From assembly GCA_041665405.1 (NCBI GenBank), contig JBAYIZ010000004.1, positions 3,958 through 67,957 on the forward strand: a stretch of DNA of 64,000 nucleotides, in the 5' to 3' direction. Below the pieces are notes generated by a model. It had not been told where the DNA came from, did not search any database, and saw only the letters and a program-made list of their open reading frames with translations. Within the stretch, counting starts at the first letter, position 1. Every line of letters starts with the position of its first letter. Source of the stretch: Candidatus Magasanikiibacteriota bacterium (GTDB lineage: Bacteria > Patescibacteriota > Patescibacteriia > Magasanikbacterales > GWA2-37-8). Shown one piece after another: positions 45,301-55,996 of the stretch. Both the position numbers and the translations under genes were made by a program.

Positions 45301-48300
45301 ATGCAAAGAAAAGTTTTATCATTTTTGCTATTACCCATATTACTGGTGGGTATTAGTATCGGAGTTTTTTCATTCGGGCAAGCGGCTAATGCTATCAATT
45401 TGACGGTAGCACCGGTTACTTCGTCATATGATAACTTGATTGGTGCCACGAATGCGCGTTGGCAATTTACTGTCACGACTACTGCTGATATTGTAGCTAC
45501 TGATACGGTTCGCTTTATGTTTCCATTTGTAAACAATAGCGTCCCATTCTCAATTTCCAATCCTACTATTGTTACCAGTACAGGTATAACGCTATATAGC
45601 AGTTTGGGAGGGCAACTTTTATCCAATCGATTGTCCAATCCTTCTTTTGAAAATAATACTTCCAGTTGGTCATATTCGGTGGGTGGGCCACCATCTGACA
45701 CGTGGAGCCAGGTTTCTGTGACTACTTCGGCAAAATATGGCAGTAAAGCAATAGTGATGAATGCTACGAGTACAAATATAGCGAAAGTTTTTCAAAGCGC
45801 ATCAGTTGCTACCAGTTCTCTCTTTTCTGTTAGTTATTGGACAAAAGGAACAGCTGGAACCACAACTACAGCGCGATTGTTTTTGCAGGGTTCTATCAGC
45901 AGCGGGTGTGCCGGAGGAGAAGGTTATTTTTATAATTTTGCCATCGGTGATTGGGCATGTGTGGTAATGGAAAGTTTAAATGTTTCTAGTACACCATTTT
46001 CATATAATGTTGATTTGGCTGGTTCTGAATTTCAGCGCATTAGCTTTTCTACCACCTCACCTGCCACTTCTACATATAGTGGAACGGTGACTGTTTTGGT
46101 GGCGATGGGTGGTTCTGATACCATATATGATATGGAGATGATTTTGGATGCAGTGCAAATAGAAATGAGTGCCTCAGCCACTACATTTAATTTGGGCGGT
46201 GCCGCTCCCGCCACGGAAGGCGTGTTAAGCGCTACTTACGGTGAAGGTCCATCTGCTCGGCCATTTATTTATGGTTTTGTTAATACTACTACGCCGAATG
46301 GTACGGCTTTTTCATGTACTTTTGATGGTATTACCAATCCAGTGGCTCAGCGTACAGATTTGGAAGCCGCTCGTTTGACATGGAATGTTACTGGTGGAAC
46401 TTTACCAGGGGAGAGTCCAACGGCAGATTTTGTTGGTGGGAATAAATTTACTTCCAATACAAATGTAGCCGTGGTTCGATCTGGTGGAAATATAATTGTA
46501 AATCAAAATAGCAATATCACGGCTAGCGCTTTTACTACCAGTGCCTCCAATGTTACATATACATATACTTTTACACCTACTAGTAGTATTCCGACTGGAG
46601 GGAAAATAATAATGAATTTTCCGCTTGCTTACAATAATTTGTTAAATAATATTTCGGTCAGTACATCAGAAAGAATTAGTGCAGTCAATACCACTACTAT
46701 TGCCTCTTTTACCACTTCTACGGTTGGTAGCTTTGGTAATGTTAGAGTGACTATGATAACTGCTGACAGTCCTACTGATTCTGGGACAGTTATCACAATT
46801 AAAATTTATGGAGTTACAAATCCGGCAACCGCTGGTGTTTATGGTGGAGAAATGGGCGGTCCGGAAAGCAAGTTTACAGTTTATACTGCTAAGAATAATG
46901 ATGGTGTAGTGGACGGTTCGCCATTTGGAGAGGAATCGGGCGATTTTGGTACAAACGACGGTCCTCCACCTACACGAGCTCTCCATATTGGGGGAACTAA
47001 CAACATTAATATTTTAGTATATAAACAAAGTGGTAGCGGTGATGTTAGATTGTCTGATAGTGAAGTGGCTAGTATGAAAGTCGGTGTTAGCTGTCCAGAT
47101 AAAGGATTTTTTGTGGGACAGAAAAAATTAGCGACTTCAACCGATCATTCTTATGCTTCATATAATAATATTTTGGATTGTAATTATATTGTAAATGCAG
47201 AGCCGAACAACAAAGGTGACAGTACTTTTTATGAAGATTTCTTGATGCCTGCGCAAAAATCTGTGCCTGCAATTGGTGGGGTGACAGTGACCACGAGCAT
47301 TGTTTTTGGAGTGCCAAATGCTTCGACTACTTTACAGGTGACTGGTGGTGTGAGTGGAGAGGTCGCCTTTATGCAAGCATATAGTTCTGATTTTATGTCT
47401 TTTTCTCCGATATATGCGAATTCAAATTGTACTGGTAATCCAGGATTTACTTCAACAGGTACAGGTTGGGCGTGTTTGAATTTAAAGAGTGATCAAAATT
47501 GGAATTTTACAGTGATGGGGGGAGAAATGGGAAATTCAGCCAATATTACTGATGCTGATGGTAGTAAATATTGGCCGCCAACAATTCCGTCTGTTTATGT
47601 TGCCTCTGCTGGGCACACCAACCTGGGTCCGTATGCCTATGTAAAAGCGGATAAAAATTTAATTGTTAATGTAAAAAAAGCTGGTACAGATTCTATAGTA
47701 GAAAATGCATGTATTGGTGTTAAAAGAAATGGTGGCGGGATGTTTATGGGTTCGCAGGATATGACTTGTGGAAATGGTACTAAAACTTTTAAAGTACCTG
47801 TTGGATCAATTACCGTACAAGTAAGTCTACCTGGATTTGGTATGCCACAAGAATATTCAGTGGCAATTGCCGATGTAACAACTACAAAAAATATTTTTGT
47901 TAGTCAGCCGACTACTTTTATTTCTGTGCTTGTAGAGGATAGTGTTGGGAACAAAATAAATGGTGCGCCGGTGTTTGCGCATGGAAATGGTTTTGGGCAG
48001 GGTATGACTGGATCAACTGGTACAACAACTATTTATGTAGCTCCTGGAATTTATGTGGTAGAAGGTTTTGCCCCTGGTTTAGGTAAATTAACAGCTCAAA
48101 CAGTAACAGTGCCGGGGAACGGCGGTGTAGCGGCCAATTTTGAAGTTATTACAGCAAATCTAGGTACGATCTCTGGACGAGTGTACACTGATGCCGATGA
48201 TGATGGTGCTTACGATGTGATAGGCGACACTCCATTGAGTGGAATAAAAATTGGTGCCCGTGGTATTGGTAGTACCAGTGGAGGAAATGGTACAGAAACC

Positions 48301-51195
48301 GATTCCAATGGTAATTATAGTTTATATTTACCAGCTGGAACTTATGAAATTGGTGGTTGGTCATCTGACACAGGAGGTTTTCAAGCGGCCAGTAGCAAAA
48401 CAGTTACTGGAGGTGTTGCGACCACTTTGAATGTTCCGTTGCAAGGTCAAGGAACTTTACATATTACTATTCAAAACGCTTCCACCATTAGTCCATTGTT
48501 TGCCGGAGCATTTTCCTCAGTTACTGGCAAAGGAAATGGTACGGATTCATGGACAACCAGCGGAACAAGTAAAATCGCAAATCTCACTTTTCCAGCTGGC
48601 TCGTATGAATTTCATGTTGGGTCGCCGGTTACAGGTGAATTGGGAGCATCTACTCAAGTTATAACAGCTGGTGGAACTACCAATGTCACTATTGATGCTA
48701 ATGCAATTGCACCATTGGTGATAATTAGTGGTACTGTGGCTAGTAGTAGTACTGGCATTGCCAACGCTACGGTGTGGGCGGCAAAAACAGGTGGTGGACC
48801 AGGAAATTTCTCTACACAAACAGACAGCGACGGTAATTATTCTTTCAAAGTTCCACAAAATAGTTCTTTCCGCATGGGTGTTAAAATTTTGGGATATATT
48901 GCTAATGATATAAATACTTCTACAGTAACAAGTAATATTGTTGTGGATTTTGATTTGTTTGTTGCTGGCGGTACAATTAGTGGATCTGTAATAAATTCTA
49001 GTAGCGCAGCCATTGCTAACGCTTGGGTATCAGCAAAAAAAGTTGTTGGTGCTGGAGAGATGGATGTTTGGACTGGTGGTCCGACTGATGGGAATGGTAG
49101 TTTTTCTCTGAATGTTGATTCTGGAAATTGGATTGTTTTTGCAGAGGCACCTTGTTATCAACGCTCCACCGGTGTTTCCAAGGCCATTAATACGGCAGTG
49201 ACTACCACGTTAGTAGCTATTTCTGGATGTACTGCAAATGCACCGGAAATGCAAGGATTTACCCCGACAACTGGTGGACAAATGGCTAAAGGTGATATGA
49301 ATTTAGATATTCCCGCCAATGCTTTGGGTACAGGAAGTGGCACTGTTAGTTTATCGGTGGTCACGACCACTCCACGCACCGCTCCAAATGCGACTGCCTT
49401 GGCAAATTCAGTGCAAAGAATCACTGCTTCTGATAATACGGGACAATCAATTACAACATTAAATAATAATGCTTCCCTAAGTATCACATATAATGAATCC
49501 GATTTGCCAACTGGTTTTAGTGAAACCAATTTGCAATTGGGTTATTTTGACGAAACTACTGGACAATGGGAGACAGTGGCATCTACTGTGGATACAGTAA
49601 ATAATAAAATATCGGCTTCCATAAATCACTTTACTGATTATGGTCCGATATTGCCAAATGTTCCAACTGCGCCAACTGGCTTGACAGCTACAGCATCATC
49701 CACTGCTGAAATTGATTTGAGTTGGACAGCTTCTGCACCTGTGTCAGCTGATTATTATATTATTTATGCGTCTACTACTGCATTGACTGATTTTGCAACT
49801 AGTACATTAATTGCCACTACCACTGCGACATCTTATGCTCATTCTAGTTTGGATGATGCTGCTACTTGGTATTATAAAGTAGCTGGTTATAATACAAATG
49901 GTGAAGGTTGGAATTCTGGCAGAGCCAATGCTACTACTGATGCTGGTAGTTGTTCTACACTTACTGGTGCGGCCACTTACAATGCTTATCCGACTTGCGG
50001 TGCGGCCACTTGTTCTAGTGGTTATACTTTGTCTGGTTCTGGCTCAGGTGCTACTTGTACAGCCAATCAATCCAGCGGTGGCGGTGGTAGCGCTACAGAC
50101 ACCACGCCTCCAACGAATACTTCAATAGTGATTGCTGGCGGTGCGACTTCTACCGCGAATATTTCTGTAACCTTGACTCTTGGTGCTATTGATGCTGGTT
50201 ATATGATGATTAGTAATGATAGTATTTTTACCAGTAGCACATGGGAAATATATGCAACAACAAAACCATGGACATTGGCAACTATTACTGGAACGAAAAC
50301 GGTATATGTTAAATTTAAAGATACGGCCGGCAATATTTCCGCGGTAATATCTGATTCTATTGAATTGTTATCTGGGTATGTAATTGTTCCTCCTGCTGTT
50401 ATTTTTCCTCTAGTAGTAACTCCGCTGGTCATTGTTCCGGTATTTGAGATTCCAGTTGTGATTCCAACTGTAATAGTGTCCAATCCTGATTCCAAAGTGA
50501 TAGTTACTCCTCCAACAATTGCTTCTTATCAACCTGGTTCTGCTCTTAAATTTAACTATTCATATAAAAATGAGACAACAAAACCATTATTAGTAAGAGT
50601 AACTAGACAATTGATAAATAGTAAGAATAAAATAATAAAGACGGCAAGTGCCAACAAGACACTCAAAGTTGGTGGTATATTTACAAGTAAGGTTAATGAA
50701 GCCATTCCTAGGAATTTGGTAGCAGGTGAATACGCCATTAAGATTAAAATATTTAATGCTAAAACCAATAAATTGTTAGCAGAAAATAGTTTCAAGATTC
50801 AAGCGGAAAAGTTGAAAAAGAAATATTTTTCTTTGGTTGGTGAAATGCCGGTGGAGACAGACATTGCTTTTGATAAAACAGCGTGGGGTAAAGTCAAAAC
50901 AAATGTTCTTGTACCTAATAGTTTAAAATTAAAATATTCCTATACCAACAATACTGATAAAAAGCATACGGCAAAAATGGTTCGCGAATTGGTGGATTCT
51001 AACAGTAAGGTATTGGAAACAAAAACTGGCAAATGGGTAATGAAAGTTGGAGAAAAAGACAGCACAACTTTCACACAAGCCATCTCAACCAAATTAATTG
51101 CGGGTGAATATGCAATTAGGATTAGAGCTTATGATTGGACGTCCAAAGAACTATTAGCAGAAAATAGTTTTGGATTTAAAGTAGAATTGAAATAA
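45301..51195 (+). CDS. 1964-aa Ser/Thr/Gly-rich surface protein (carboxypeptidase-regulatory-like, FN3 and Ig-like domains)
   Basis: Signal peptide; ISGxV...TDSNGNYS repeats; PTAPTGLTA..IDLSW..YYKV FN3; duplicated Lys-rich C-terminal domain. Confidence 0.75.
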   Translation: MQRKVLSFLLLPILLVGISIGVFSFGQAANAINLTVAPVTSSYDNLIGATNARWQFTVTTTADIVATDTVRFMFPFVNNSVPFSISNPTIVTSTGITLYSSLGGQLLSNRLSNPSFENNTSSWSYSVGGPPSDTWSQVSVTTSAKYGSKAIVMNATSTNIAKVFQSASVATSSLFSVSYWTKGTAGTTTTARLFLQGSISSGCAGGEGYFYNFAIGDWACVVMESLNVSSTPFSYNVDLAGSEFQRISFSTTSPATSTYSGTVTVLVAMGGSDTIYDMEMILDAVQIEMSASATTFNLGGAAPATEGVLSATYGEGPSARPFIYGFVNTTTPNGTAFSCTFDGITNPVAQRTDLEAARLTWNVTGGTLPGESPTADFVGGNKFTSNTNVAVVRSGGNIIVNQNSNITASAFTTSASNVTYTYTFTPTSSIPTGGKIIMNFPLAYNNLLNNISVSTSERISAVNTTTIASFTTSTVGSFGNVRVTMITADSPTDSGTVITIKIYGVTNPATAGVYGGEMGGPESKFTVYTAKNNDGVVDGSPFGEESGDFGTNDGPPPTRALHIGGTNNINILVYKQSGSGDVRLSDSEVASMKVGVSCPDKGFFVGQKKLATSTDHSYASYNNILDCNYIVNAEPNNKGDSTFYEDFLMPAQKSVPAIGGVTVTTSIVFGVPNASTTLQVTGGVSGEVAFMQAYSSDFMSFSPIYANSNCTGNPGFTSTGTGWACLNLKSDQNWNFTVMGGEMGNSANITDADGSKYWPPTIPSVYVASAGHTNLGPYAYVKADKNLIVNVKKAGTDSIVENACIGVKRNGGGMFMGSQDMTCGNGTKTFKVPVGSITVQVSLPGFGMPQEYSVAIADVTTTKNIFVSQPTTFISVLVEDSVGNKINGAPVFAHGNGFGQGMTGSTGTTTIYVAPGIYVVEGFAPGLGKLTAQTVTVPGNGGVAANFEVITANLGTISGRVYTDADDDGAYDVIGDTPLSGIKIGARGIGSTSGGNGTETDSNGNYSLYLPAGTYEIGGWSSDTGGFQAASSKTVTGGVATTLNVPLQGQGTLHITIQNASTISPLFAGAFSSVTGKGNGTDSWTTSGTSKIANLTFPAGSYEFHVGSPVTGELGASTQVITAGGTTNVTIDANAIAPLVIISGTVASSSTGIANATVWAAKTGGGPGNFSTQTDSDGNYSFKVPQNSSFRMGVKILGYIANDINTSTVTSNIVVDFDLFVAGGTISGSVINSSSAAIANAWVSAKKVVGAGEMDVWTGGPTDGNGSFSLNVDSGNWIVFAEAPCYQRSTGVSKAINTAVTTTLVAISGCTANAPEMQGFTPTTGGQMAKGDMNLDIPANALGTGSGTVSLSVVTTTPRTAPNATALANSVQRITASDNTGQSITTLNNNASLSITYNESDLPTGFSETNLQLGYFDETTGQWETVASTVDTVNNKISASINHFTDYGPILPNVPTAPTGLTATASSTAEIDLSWTASAPVSADYYIIYASTTALTDFATSTLIATTTATSYAHSSLDDAATWYYKVAGYNTNGEGWNSGRANATTDAGSCSTLTGAATYNAYPTCGAATCSSGYTLSGSGSGATCTANQSSGGGGSATDTTPPTNTSIVIAGGATSTANISVTLTLGAIDAGYMMISNDSIFTSSTWEIYATTKPWTLATITGTKTVYVKFKDTAGNISAVISDSIELLSGYVIVPPAVIFPLVVTPLVIVPVFEIPVVIPTVIVSNPDSKVIVTPPTIASYQPGSALKFNYSYKNETTKPLLVRVTRQLINSKNKIIKTASANKTLKVGGIFTSKVNEAIPRNLVAGEYAIKIKIFNAKTNKLLAENSFKIQAEKLKKKYFSLVGEMPVETDIAFDKTAWGKVKTNVLVPNSLKLKYSYTNNTDKKHTAKMVRELVDSNSKVLETKTGKWVMKVGEKDSTTFTQAISTKLIAGEYAIRIRAYDWTSKELLAENSFGFKVELK

Positions 51196-51229
51196 TAATT
51201 AACCCCGAAATATTATTCGGGATAACAAA

Positions 51230-51877
51230 ATGTGTATGGACAAAAAGACAAAAACAATTGTCATCGTGGTATTGGCGGTGATAGTTGTGGCTGGTGCATA
51301 TTATGGCATCAATCGTTGGCGTCAACAACGGTTGGTTAACCAATATTTGAAAGGCCTGTATGGTGGAGGAGTGAACACAGGTTTGCTTGGTAATTTTGCT
51401 GGTGGTATTGGCGGTGGAATTACTCAGGAGCAAATCGCCAAAGAAATAGCCAAAGAAATGGCGAAAGAAGAGTTGCAACAGAAAAATAATGAAATAAAAG
51501 AAGCCGCAAAAACTCCAGAAGATAAATATGATGCGGTTGAAGAAATGCCGACTTATGATGCTAACTCCAAAGCATTGGCAGATGTGGGCAAAGATATTAT
51601 AGAAAAGGCGTTTGGTAAAGCAAAATTGACTACTATTTCCAGTGGTTTATATGGTGCCGGTTCTGGAATGGTTAGTTTTACAATTGCTCGTCCTACGACT
51701 GCTGCTGATTTGGCCGCGCTTGGTAAAGTATTGACTGACAAGGGATTGCCAATTATGCAAAGTGGCATTGAAGATAAAAGTGCAGGAGTAATGTCTGGAG
51801 CAAATAATTTTATTTATACTATTAGTTTTGAAATAGGCGAACAGGAGGTGGGAATGCTTATTATGAAAACTAATTAA
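51230..51877 (+). CDS. Membrane-anchored hypothetical protein
   Basis: N-terminal TM; C-domain resembles the C-termini of the propeller paralogs. Confidence 0.6.
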   Translation: MCMDKKTKTIVIVVLAVIVVAGAYYGINRWRQQRLVNQYLKGLYGGGVNTGLLGNFAGGIGGGITQEQIAKEIAKEMAKEELQQKNNEIKEAAKTPEDKYDAVEEMPTYDANSKALADVGKDIIEKAFGKAKLTTISSGLYGAGSGMVSFTIARPTTAADLAALGKVLTDKGLPIMQSGIEDKSAGVMSGANNFIYTISFEIGEQEVGMLIMKTN

Positions 51878-51899
51878 TAATTTATTTAATTTATTTTGT

Positions 51900-52232
51900 A
51901 TGGTAGATATTATTTCGCCAATCAGTGGTAAAAAAAATACCGCGATGGCAGTTATCGCGTATATAATATTTTTTGTACCGCTTTTGACTGGTGATGCCCA
52001 AAAAGATCCGTTTGTAAAATATCATGTCAAACAGGGTTTGGTGTTATTTTTACTTGTAGTTTTAATTAATTTGCTTAGTTGGGTAGTGCCATTTTATCTG
52101 TGGTTGACATTTAGCTGGATTTTGAGTTTGGGCGCTCTCGTGTTATTTATTTTAGGAGTTATTAACGCGGTAAATGGCAAACAAGAACCATTACCATTGG
52201 TTGGAAAATTTGCTGATGTGTTTAAATTTTAA
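51900..52232 (+). CDS. DUF4870/Tic20-like membrane protein
   Basis: AVIAYIIFFVPL, FVKYHVKQGLVL, GKQEPLPLVG. Confidence 0.75.
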   Translation: MVDIISPISGKKNTAMAVIAYIIFFVPLLTGDAQKDPFVKYHVKQGLVLFLLVVLINLLSWVVPFYLWLTFSWILSLGALVLFILGVINAVNGKQEPLPLVGKFADVFKF

Positions 52233-52252
52233 TTTGTTAGTATAATTCAGAC

Positions 52253-52280
52253 AAAAGCCCGCTCATCATAGCGGGTTTTT
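52253..52280 (+). terminator. Intrinsic terminator
   Basis: AAAAGCCCGCT...AGCGGGTTTTT. Confidence 0.7.
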
Positions 52281-52352
52281 GTTATTTATTAACATCTATA
52301 CTTTTAATAGTTTTTATGTTAAAATGATGTAGTTATTTTTAAATAAAAAATT

Positions 52353-52703
52353 ATGGCCGACCTTCAAGAGTTATTCAATAGGATACAGGAAACGAAAAAG
52401 AAACAAAAAGATATAAAAAGTGCTTATCGCGATGCCTTGAATTCTTCTCAGGAATATAAAGATATAGAAGATAAATTAAAAGAATTAAAAGCTAAGAAAA
52501 AACAAATTGAGGTATCGGTTCAGCAGGATTTTTCCGGTGAGTTCCAGAAATTAGAAGATTATGCGGTGGATATTGAATCGGATAATACCATGCTATCGGA
52601 CGCCGCGTTCGCGAAATTATTGAAGGGGGAGACAGTGGCTGTTACTGATGAATATAATAATAATTATGAACCGTTGTTTACCGTGAAATTCAAAAAAACC
52701 TAG
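52353..52703 (+). CDS. Hypothetical coiled-coil protein
   Basis: 116-aa ORF with its own terminator. Confidence 0.65.
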   Translation: MADLQELFNRIQETKKKQKDIKSAYRDALNSSQEYKDIEDKLKELKAKKKQIEVSVQQDFSGEFQKLEDYAVDIESDNTMLSDAAFAKLLKGETVAVTDEYNNNYEPLFTVKFKKT

Positions 52704-52710
52704 ATTCTTC

Positions 52711-52743
52711 AAATAAAATCCCGCGACTGCGGGATTTTATTTT
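52711..52743 (+). terminator. Intrinsic terminator
   Basis: AAATAAAATCCCGC-GACT-GCGGGATTTTATTTT. Confidence 0.7.
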
Positions 52744-52786
52744 AGTTGATTTTTTGCTCAATACGGTATAAAGTATAGTAGTATTT

Positions 52787-53890
52787 ATGCCTAGTGATTT
52801 TAGTTATAAATTTTATCGTGATACCGTCTCTGCTCTACGAGCAATGCAAGAGGCGATTTTGGGCGCGCAAAAATCAATTTATTGGGAGATTTATTCCTTG
52901 ATTGACGATAAGACGGGCAAACCGTTTGTGGACGCTTTGTGTGAACGAGCTTTGGCTGGCTTGGAGATAAAAATTATTATTGACGCTATAGGGAGTTATG
53001 AGATATCGCAACCGAGTTTAAACCGTTTGCGCACGGCTGGGGTGGATATCGTTTTTTACAATTCATTTGGACCTCGCTGGTCGGCAAGCGGTTGGGCGAG
53101 ATCATTATGGCAGAGAAATCATCGCAAAGTTTTAGTAATAGATAAAGAAGCAGTTTTTATTGGAGGAGTGAATGTAGCGGAAAGTTATTGTAGTTGGGAT
53201 GATTTACATGTTCGTATCACAGGTATGGAAGTTTCTCCATTGTTAAGAGGATTTGCACGGTCGTATATACGAGGCGGTGGTGAAAGGAAAAAAGTTCGTC
53301 ATCTTTTATATTTTCATTTTAAAAAAGAATGGAATGAAATTAAAGGTCATTTAAAATATATTTTACAGTCGCCTTTAACTAATCGTTATTCGCGCGCTAA
53401 AAGAATATTTTTGACTACACTTTCCAAAGCAAAACTAAATTTTAATTTACTTACGCCATATTTTGTTCCAGATAAAAGATTTTTTGAATTAGTTTCGTTG
53501 GCAAAAAAAAGAGGAGTGAAAATTGATCTTTTTTTACCACTGCGTCCTGACCATAAATTTATAGAATTGGTTGGCGGATTTTATTCCAAAATGGCTCACA
53601 AATATGGAATGAATGTCTTTTTTTCTCCCAAAATGAATCATGGCAAAGCGATGACTTGCGATGGTGAAATTGGATTTGTTGGTAGCGTAAATTTTACGCA
53701 ACGCAGTTTTTTTAATAACGAAGAGTCAGGTATTTTGTTTCGTGATAGTGCTATGGTAAAAGATTTGGACGATATGTTTGCTGATTTGCGAGCTAGCGCT
53801 TTTGTTTTAAATGATAAAAATTATTTGCATTTCGGGTTAAAAGGTAAAATAAAAGATTGGCTCGGAAAGCAATTTGGAGGTTGGATATGA
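52787..53890 (+). CDS. Phospholipase D / cardiolipin synthase family
   Basis: RNHRKVLVID and HGKAMTCD (HKD) motifs. Confidence 0.82.
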   Translation: MPSDFSYKFYRDTVSALRAMQEAILGAQKSIYWEIYSLIDDKTGKPFVDALCERALAGLEIKIIIDAIGSYEISQPSLNRLRTAGVDIVFYNSFGPRWSASGWARSLWQRNHRKVLVIDKEAVFIGGVNVAESYCSWDDLHVRITGMEVSPLLRGFARSYIRGGGERKKVRHLLYFHFKKEWNEIKGHLKYILQSPLTNRYSRAKRIFLTTLSKAKLNFNLLTPYFVPDKRFFELVSLAKKRGVKIDLFLPLRPDHKFIELVGGFYSKMAHKYGMNVFFSPKMNHGKAMTCDGEIGFVGSVNFTQRSFFNNEESGILFRDSAMVKDLDDMFADLRASAFVLNDKNYLHFGLKGKIKDWLGKQFGGWI

Positions 53891-55116
53891 TAAACTATAC
53901 ACCATTATCGGACCGCATGAGATCGCGCAATTTTGATGAATTTTTTGGACAAGAAGAAATTGTCGGCAAAGGTAAATTGTTGCGCCGTCTTATTGAAAGT
54001 GATCAATTATCTTCACTTATTTTTTGGGGACCTCCGGGAGTTGGTAAAACTACTTTAGCGCAAATAGTTGCCAATCAAACCAAAGCGCGATTTATAAATA
54101 TTTCCGCTGTGATGAGTGGGAAAGATGAATTACGCAAAGCAGTGGACGACGCCCAACATCATTTGCGATTGGAAAACAAACGCACAGTGTTGTTTATTGA
54201 TGAAATTCATCGTTGGAATAAAGCTCAACAGGATGCATTGTTGCCTTATGTAGAAAAAGGTCTGATAACCCTCATTGGCGCGACCACGGAAAATCCTTCT
54301 TTTGAAATTATCGGTGCGCTATTATCTCGTTCGCGAGTTTTTATTTTAAAATCTTTGGAAAATGAAGATATTGTAAAAATAATCAAACAGGCAATCAAGG
54401 ATAAAGAAAGAGGATTAGGAAAATTTAAAATTAAAATTGGTATAAATGAAATAAGTTTATTAGCAGATTTGTGTGGTGGGGATGCACGAACAGCTCTCAA
54501 TGGGCTGGAACTGGCGGTAAATGCCAAGGCGGGCAATAGTGTTGAAACTGAAATAAAAATTTCTAAAGAGGACATAAAAGAGGCTTTACAAAAAACCCAC
54601 TTGATTTTTGACAAACGCGGCGAAGAATTTTATAATCTTATTTCTGCTTTGCATAAATCGATGCGAGGTAGTGATCCAGATGCGGCGATTTATTGGTTGG
54701 CGCGCATGCTTGAAGGTGGAGCCGATCCATTATATGTAGCTAGACGCGTTTTGCGTTTTGCCAGTGAGGATATTGGTATGGCAAATAGTGAAGCACTTAT
54801 TCAAGCTAATGCGGCTTATGACGCCTGTCACAAGATTGGTTATCCAGAGTGTACCGTGCATTTGGCACAGGCTGTAGTCTATTGTGCCAAGTCAGCCAAA
54901 TCTAATTTACTATATACTGCTTATCAAGAAGCAGCTGAAGATGCAAAGAATACTTCAAATTTGGGGGTACCATTACATCTACGCAATGCACCAACAAAAT
55001 TTATGAAAAATATTGGTTATGGAAAAGACTATAAATATAATCCAGATTTCAAAGGCCCAGTAGTACAAGATTATTTACCAAAAGAATTAAAAGGTAAAAA
55101 ATATTTTAAGAAATAA
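53887..55116 (+). CDS. rarA: Replication-associated recombination protein A (MgsA)
   Basis: GPPGVGKTT, FIDEIHR, GATTENP, HKSMRGSD, ASEDIG, VPLHLRNAP. Confidence 0.93.
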   Translation: MINYTPLSDRMRSRNFDEFFGQEEIVGKGKLLRRLIESDQLSSLIFWGPPGVGKTTLAQIVANQTKARFINISAVMSGKDELRKAVDDAQHHLRLENKRTVLFIDEIHRWNKAQQDALLPYVEKGLITLIGATTENPSFEIIGALLSRSRVFILKSLENEDIVKIIKQAIKDKERGLGKFKIKIGINEISLLADLCGGDARTALNGLELAVNAKAGNSVETEIKISKEDIKEALQKTHLIFDKRGEEFYNLISALHKSMRGSDPDAAIYWLARMLEGGADPLYVARRVLRFASEDIGMANSEALIQANAAYDACHKIGYPECTVHLAQAVVYCAKSAKSNLLYTAYQEAAEDAKNTSNLGVPLHLRNAPTKFMKNIGYGKDYKYNPDFKGPVVQDYLPKELKGKKYFKK

Positions 55117-55121
55117 TATAT

Positions 55122-55439
55122 ATGGGCGAAATAATTAGGTTTCCAAACAAATTTGAAGGTCAAAAACGAGAATCAAAAAGAGTCGAAAAAGTTAAACTAG
55201 ACTTAGTGAAGACTGTTGACTTGAGAGGTTTTCTAGAAGCATTATTGGCTAGCAGTGGACCGTTGGTTGGTAAAAAAACTACTGAGGCGTATCAACAACT
55301 TTGTGGCGGATATTCTGATCGTCAAATTGTTGAAATGATTAATAACTCTGCCAAATCTGATTGGCAAAAAAGCCCTGGCTACTATTTGGTTTTGTTAGAT
55401 GTTTGTTATAAAAGAAATTTATTTGAAAAGGAATTATAA
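55122..55439 (+). CDS. Hypothetical protein
   Basis: 105-aa ORF tightly packed in the operon. Confidence 0.6.
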   Translation: MGEIIRFPNKFEGQKRESKRVEKVKLDLVKTVDLRGFLEALLASSGPLVGKKTTEAYQQLCGGYSDRQIVEMINNSAKSDWQKSPGYYLVLLDVCYKRNLFEKEL

Positions 55440-55444
55440 TTTTT

Positions 55445-55996
55445 ATGGAGAAATTTTTGTTACACACTTGTTGTGCGCCGTGTAGTATTGCGGTAATCGA
55501 AGAACTAAAAGAAAAATTTGATTTGACTGTCTTTTTTTATAATCCCAATATTTTCCCTATCGAAGAATATCAAAGGCGTAAAGACGAAGTGATAAAAGTT
55601 TGTCAGGAATGGAATGTGCCGATGATTGACATGGACTATGACGCTACACAATGGCATGAAAAGATTGCGGTTGGACTCGAAATGGAAGAAGAAGGCGGGA
55701 CCAGATGTGCTTTGTGTTTTCGTTTTCGTTTGGCCAAAGCCGCGGAATATGCTGGAAAAAATGGTTTTCAATATTATGGCTCCAGTCTCACTAGTGGTAG
55801 AAATAAAAAAGCCGAAGTGATTCATCCTATCGGCCATGAGTTTGCAAAAATATACAAAATTAAATTTTACGATGAAGATTGGAAAAGGGCTGGAAGGCAA
55901 GAGCGTGGTAGAAAATTGGTGGCAGATAAGGGGATATATCGTCAAAATTATTGCGGTTGTGAATATTCCCTGCGTGATCGACCTAAATCATCATAA
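55445..55996 (+). CDS. queH: Epoxyqueuosine reductase QueH
   Basis: LLHTCCAPCS, FYNPNI, RCALC, YRQNYCGC. Confidence 0.9.
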   Translation: MEKFLLHTCCAPCSIAVIEELKEKFDLTVFFYNPNIFPIEEYQRRKDEVIKVCQEWNVPMIDMDYDATQWHEKIAVGLEMEEEGGTRCALCFRFRLAKAAEYAGKNGFQYYGSSLTSGRNKKAEVIHPIGHEFAKIYKIKFYDEDWKRAGRQERGRKLVADKGIYRQNYCGCEYSLRDRPKSS

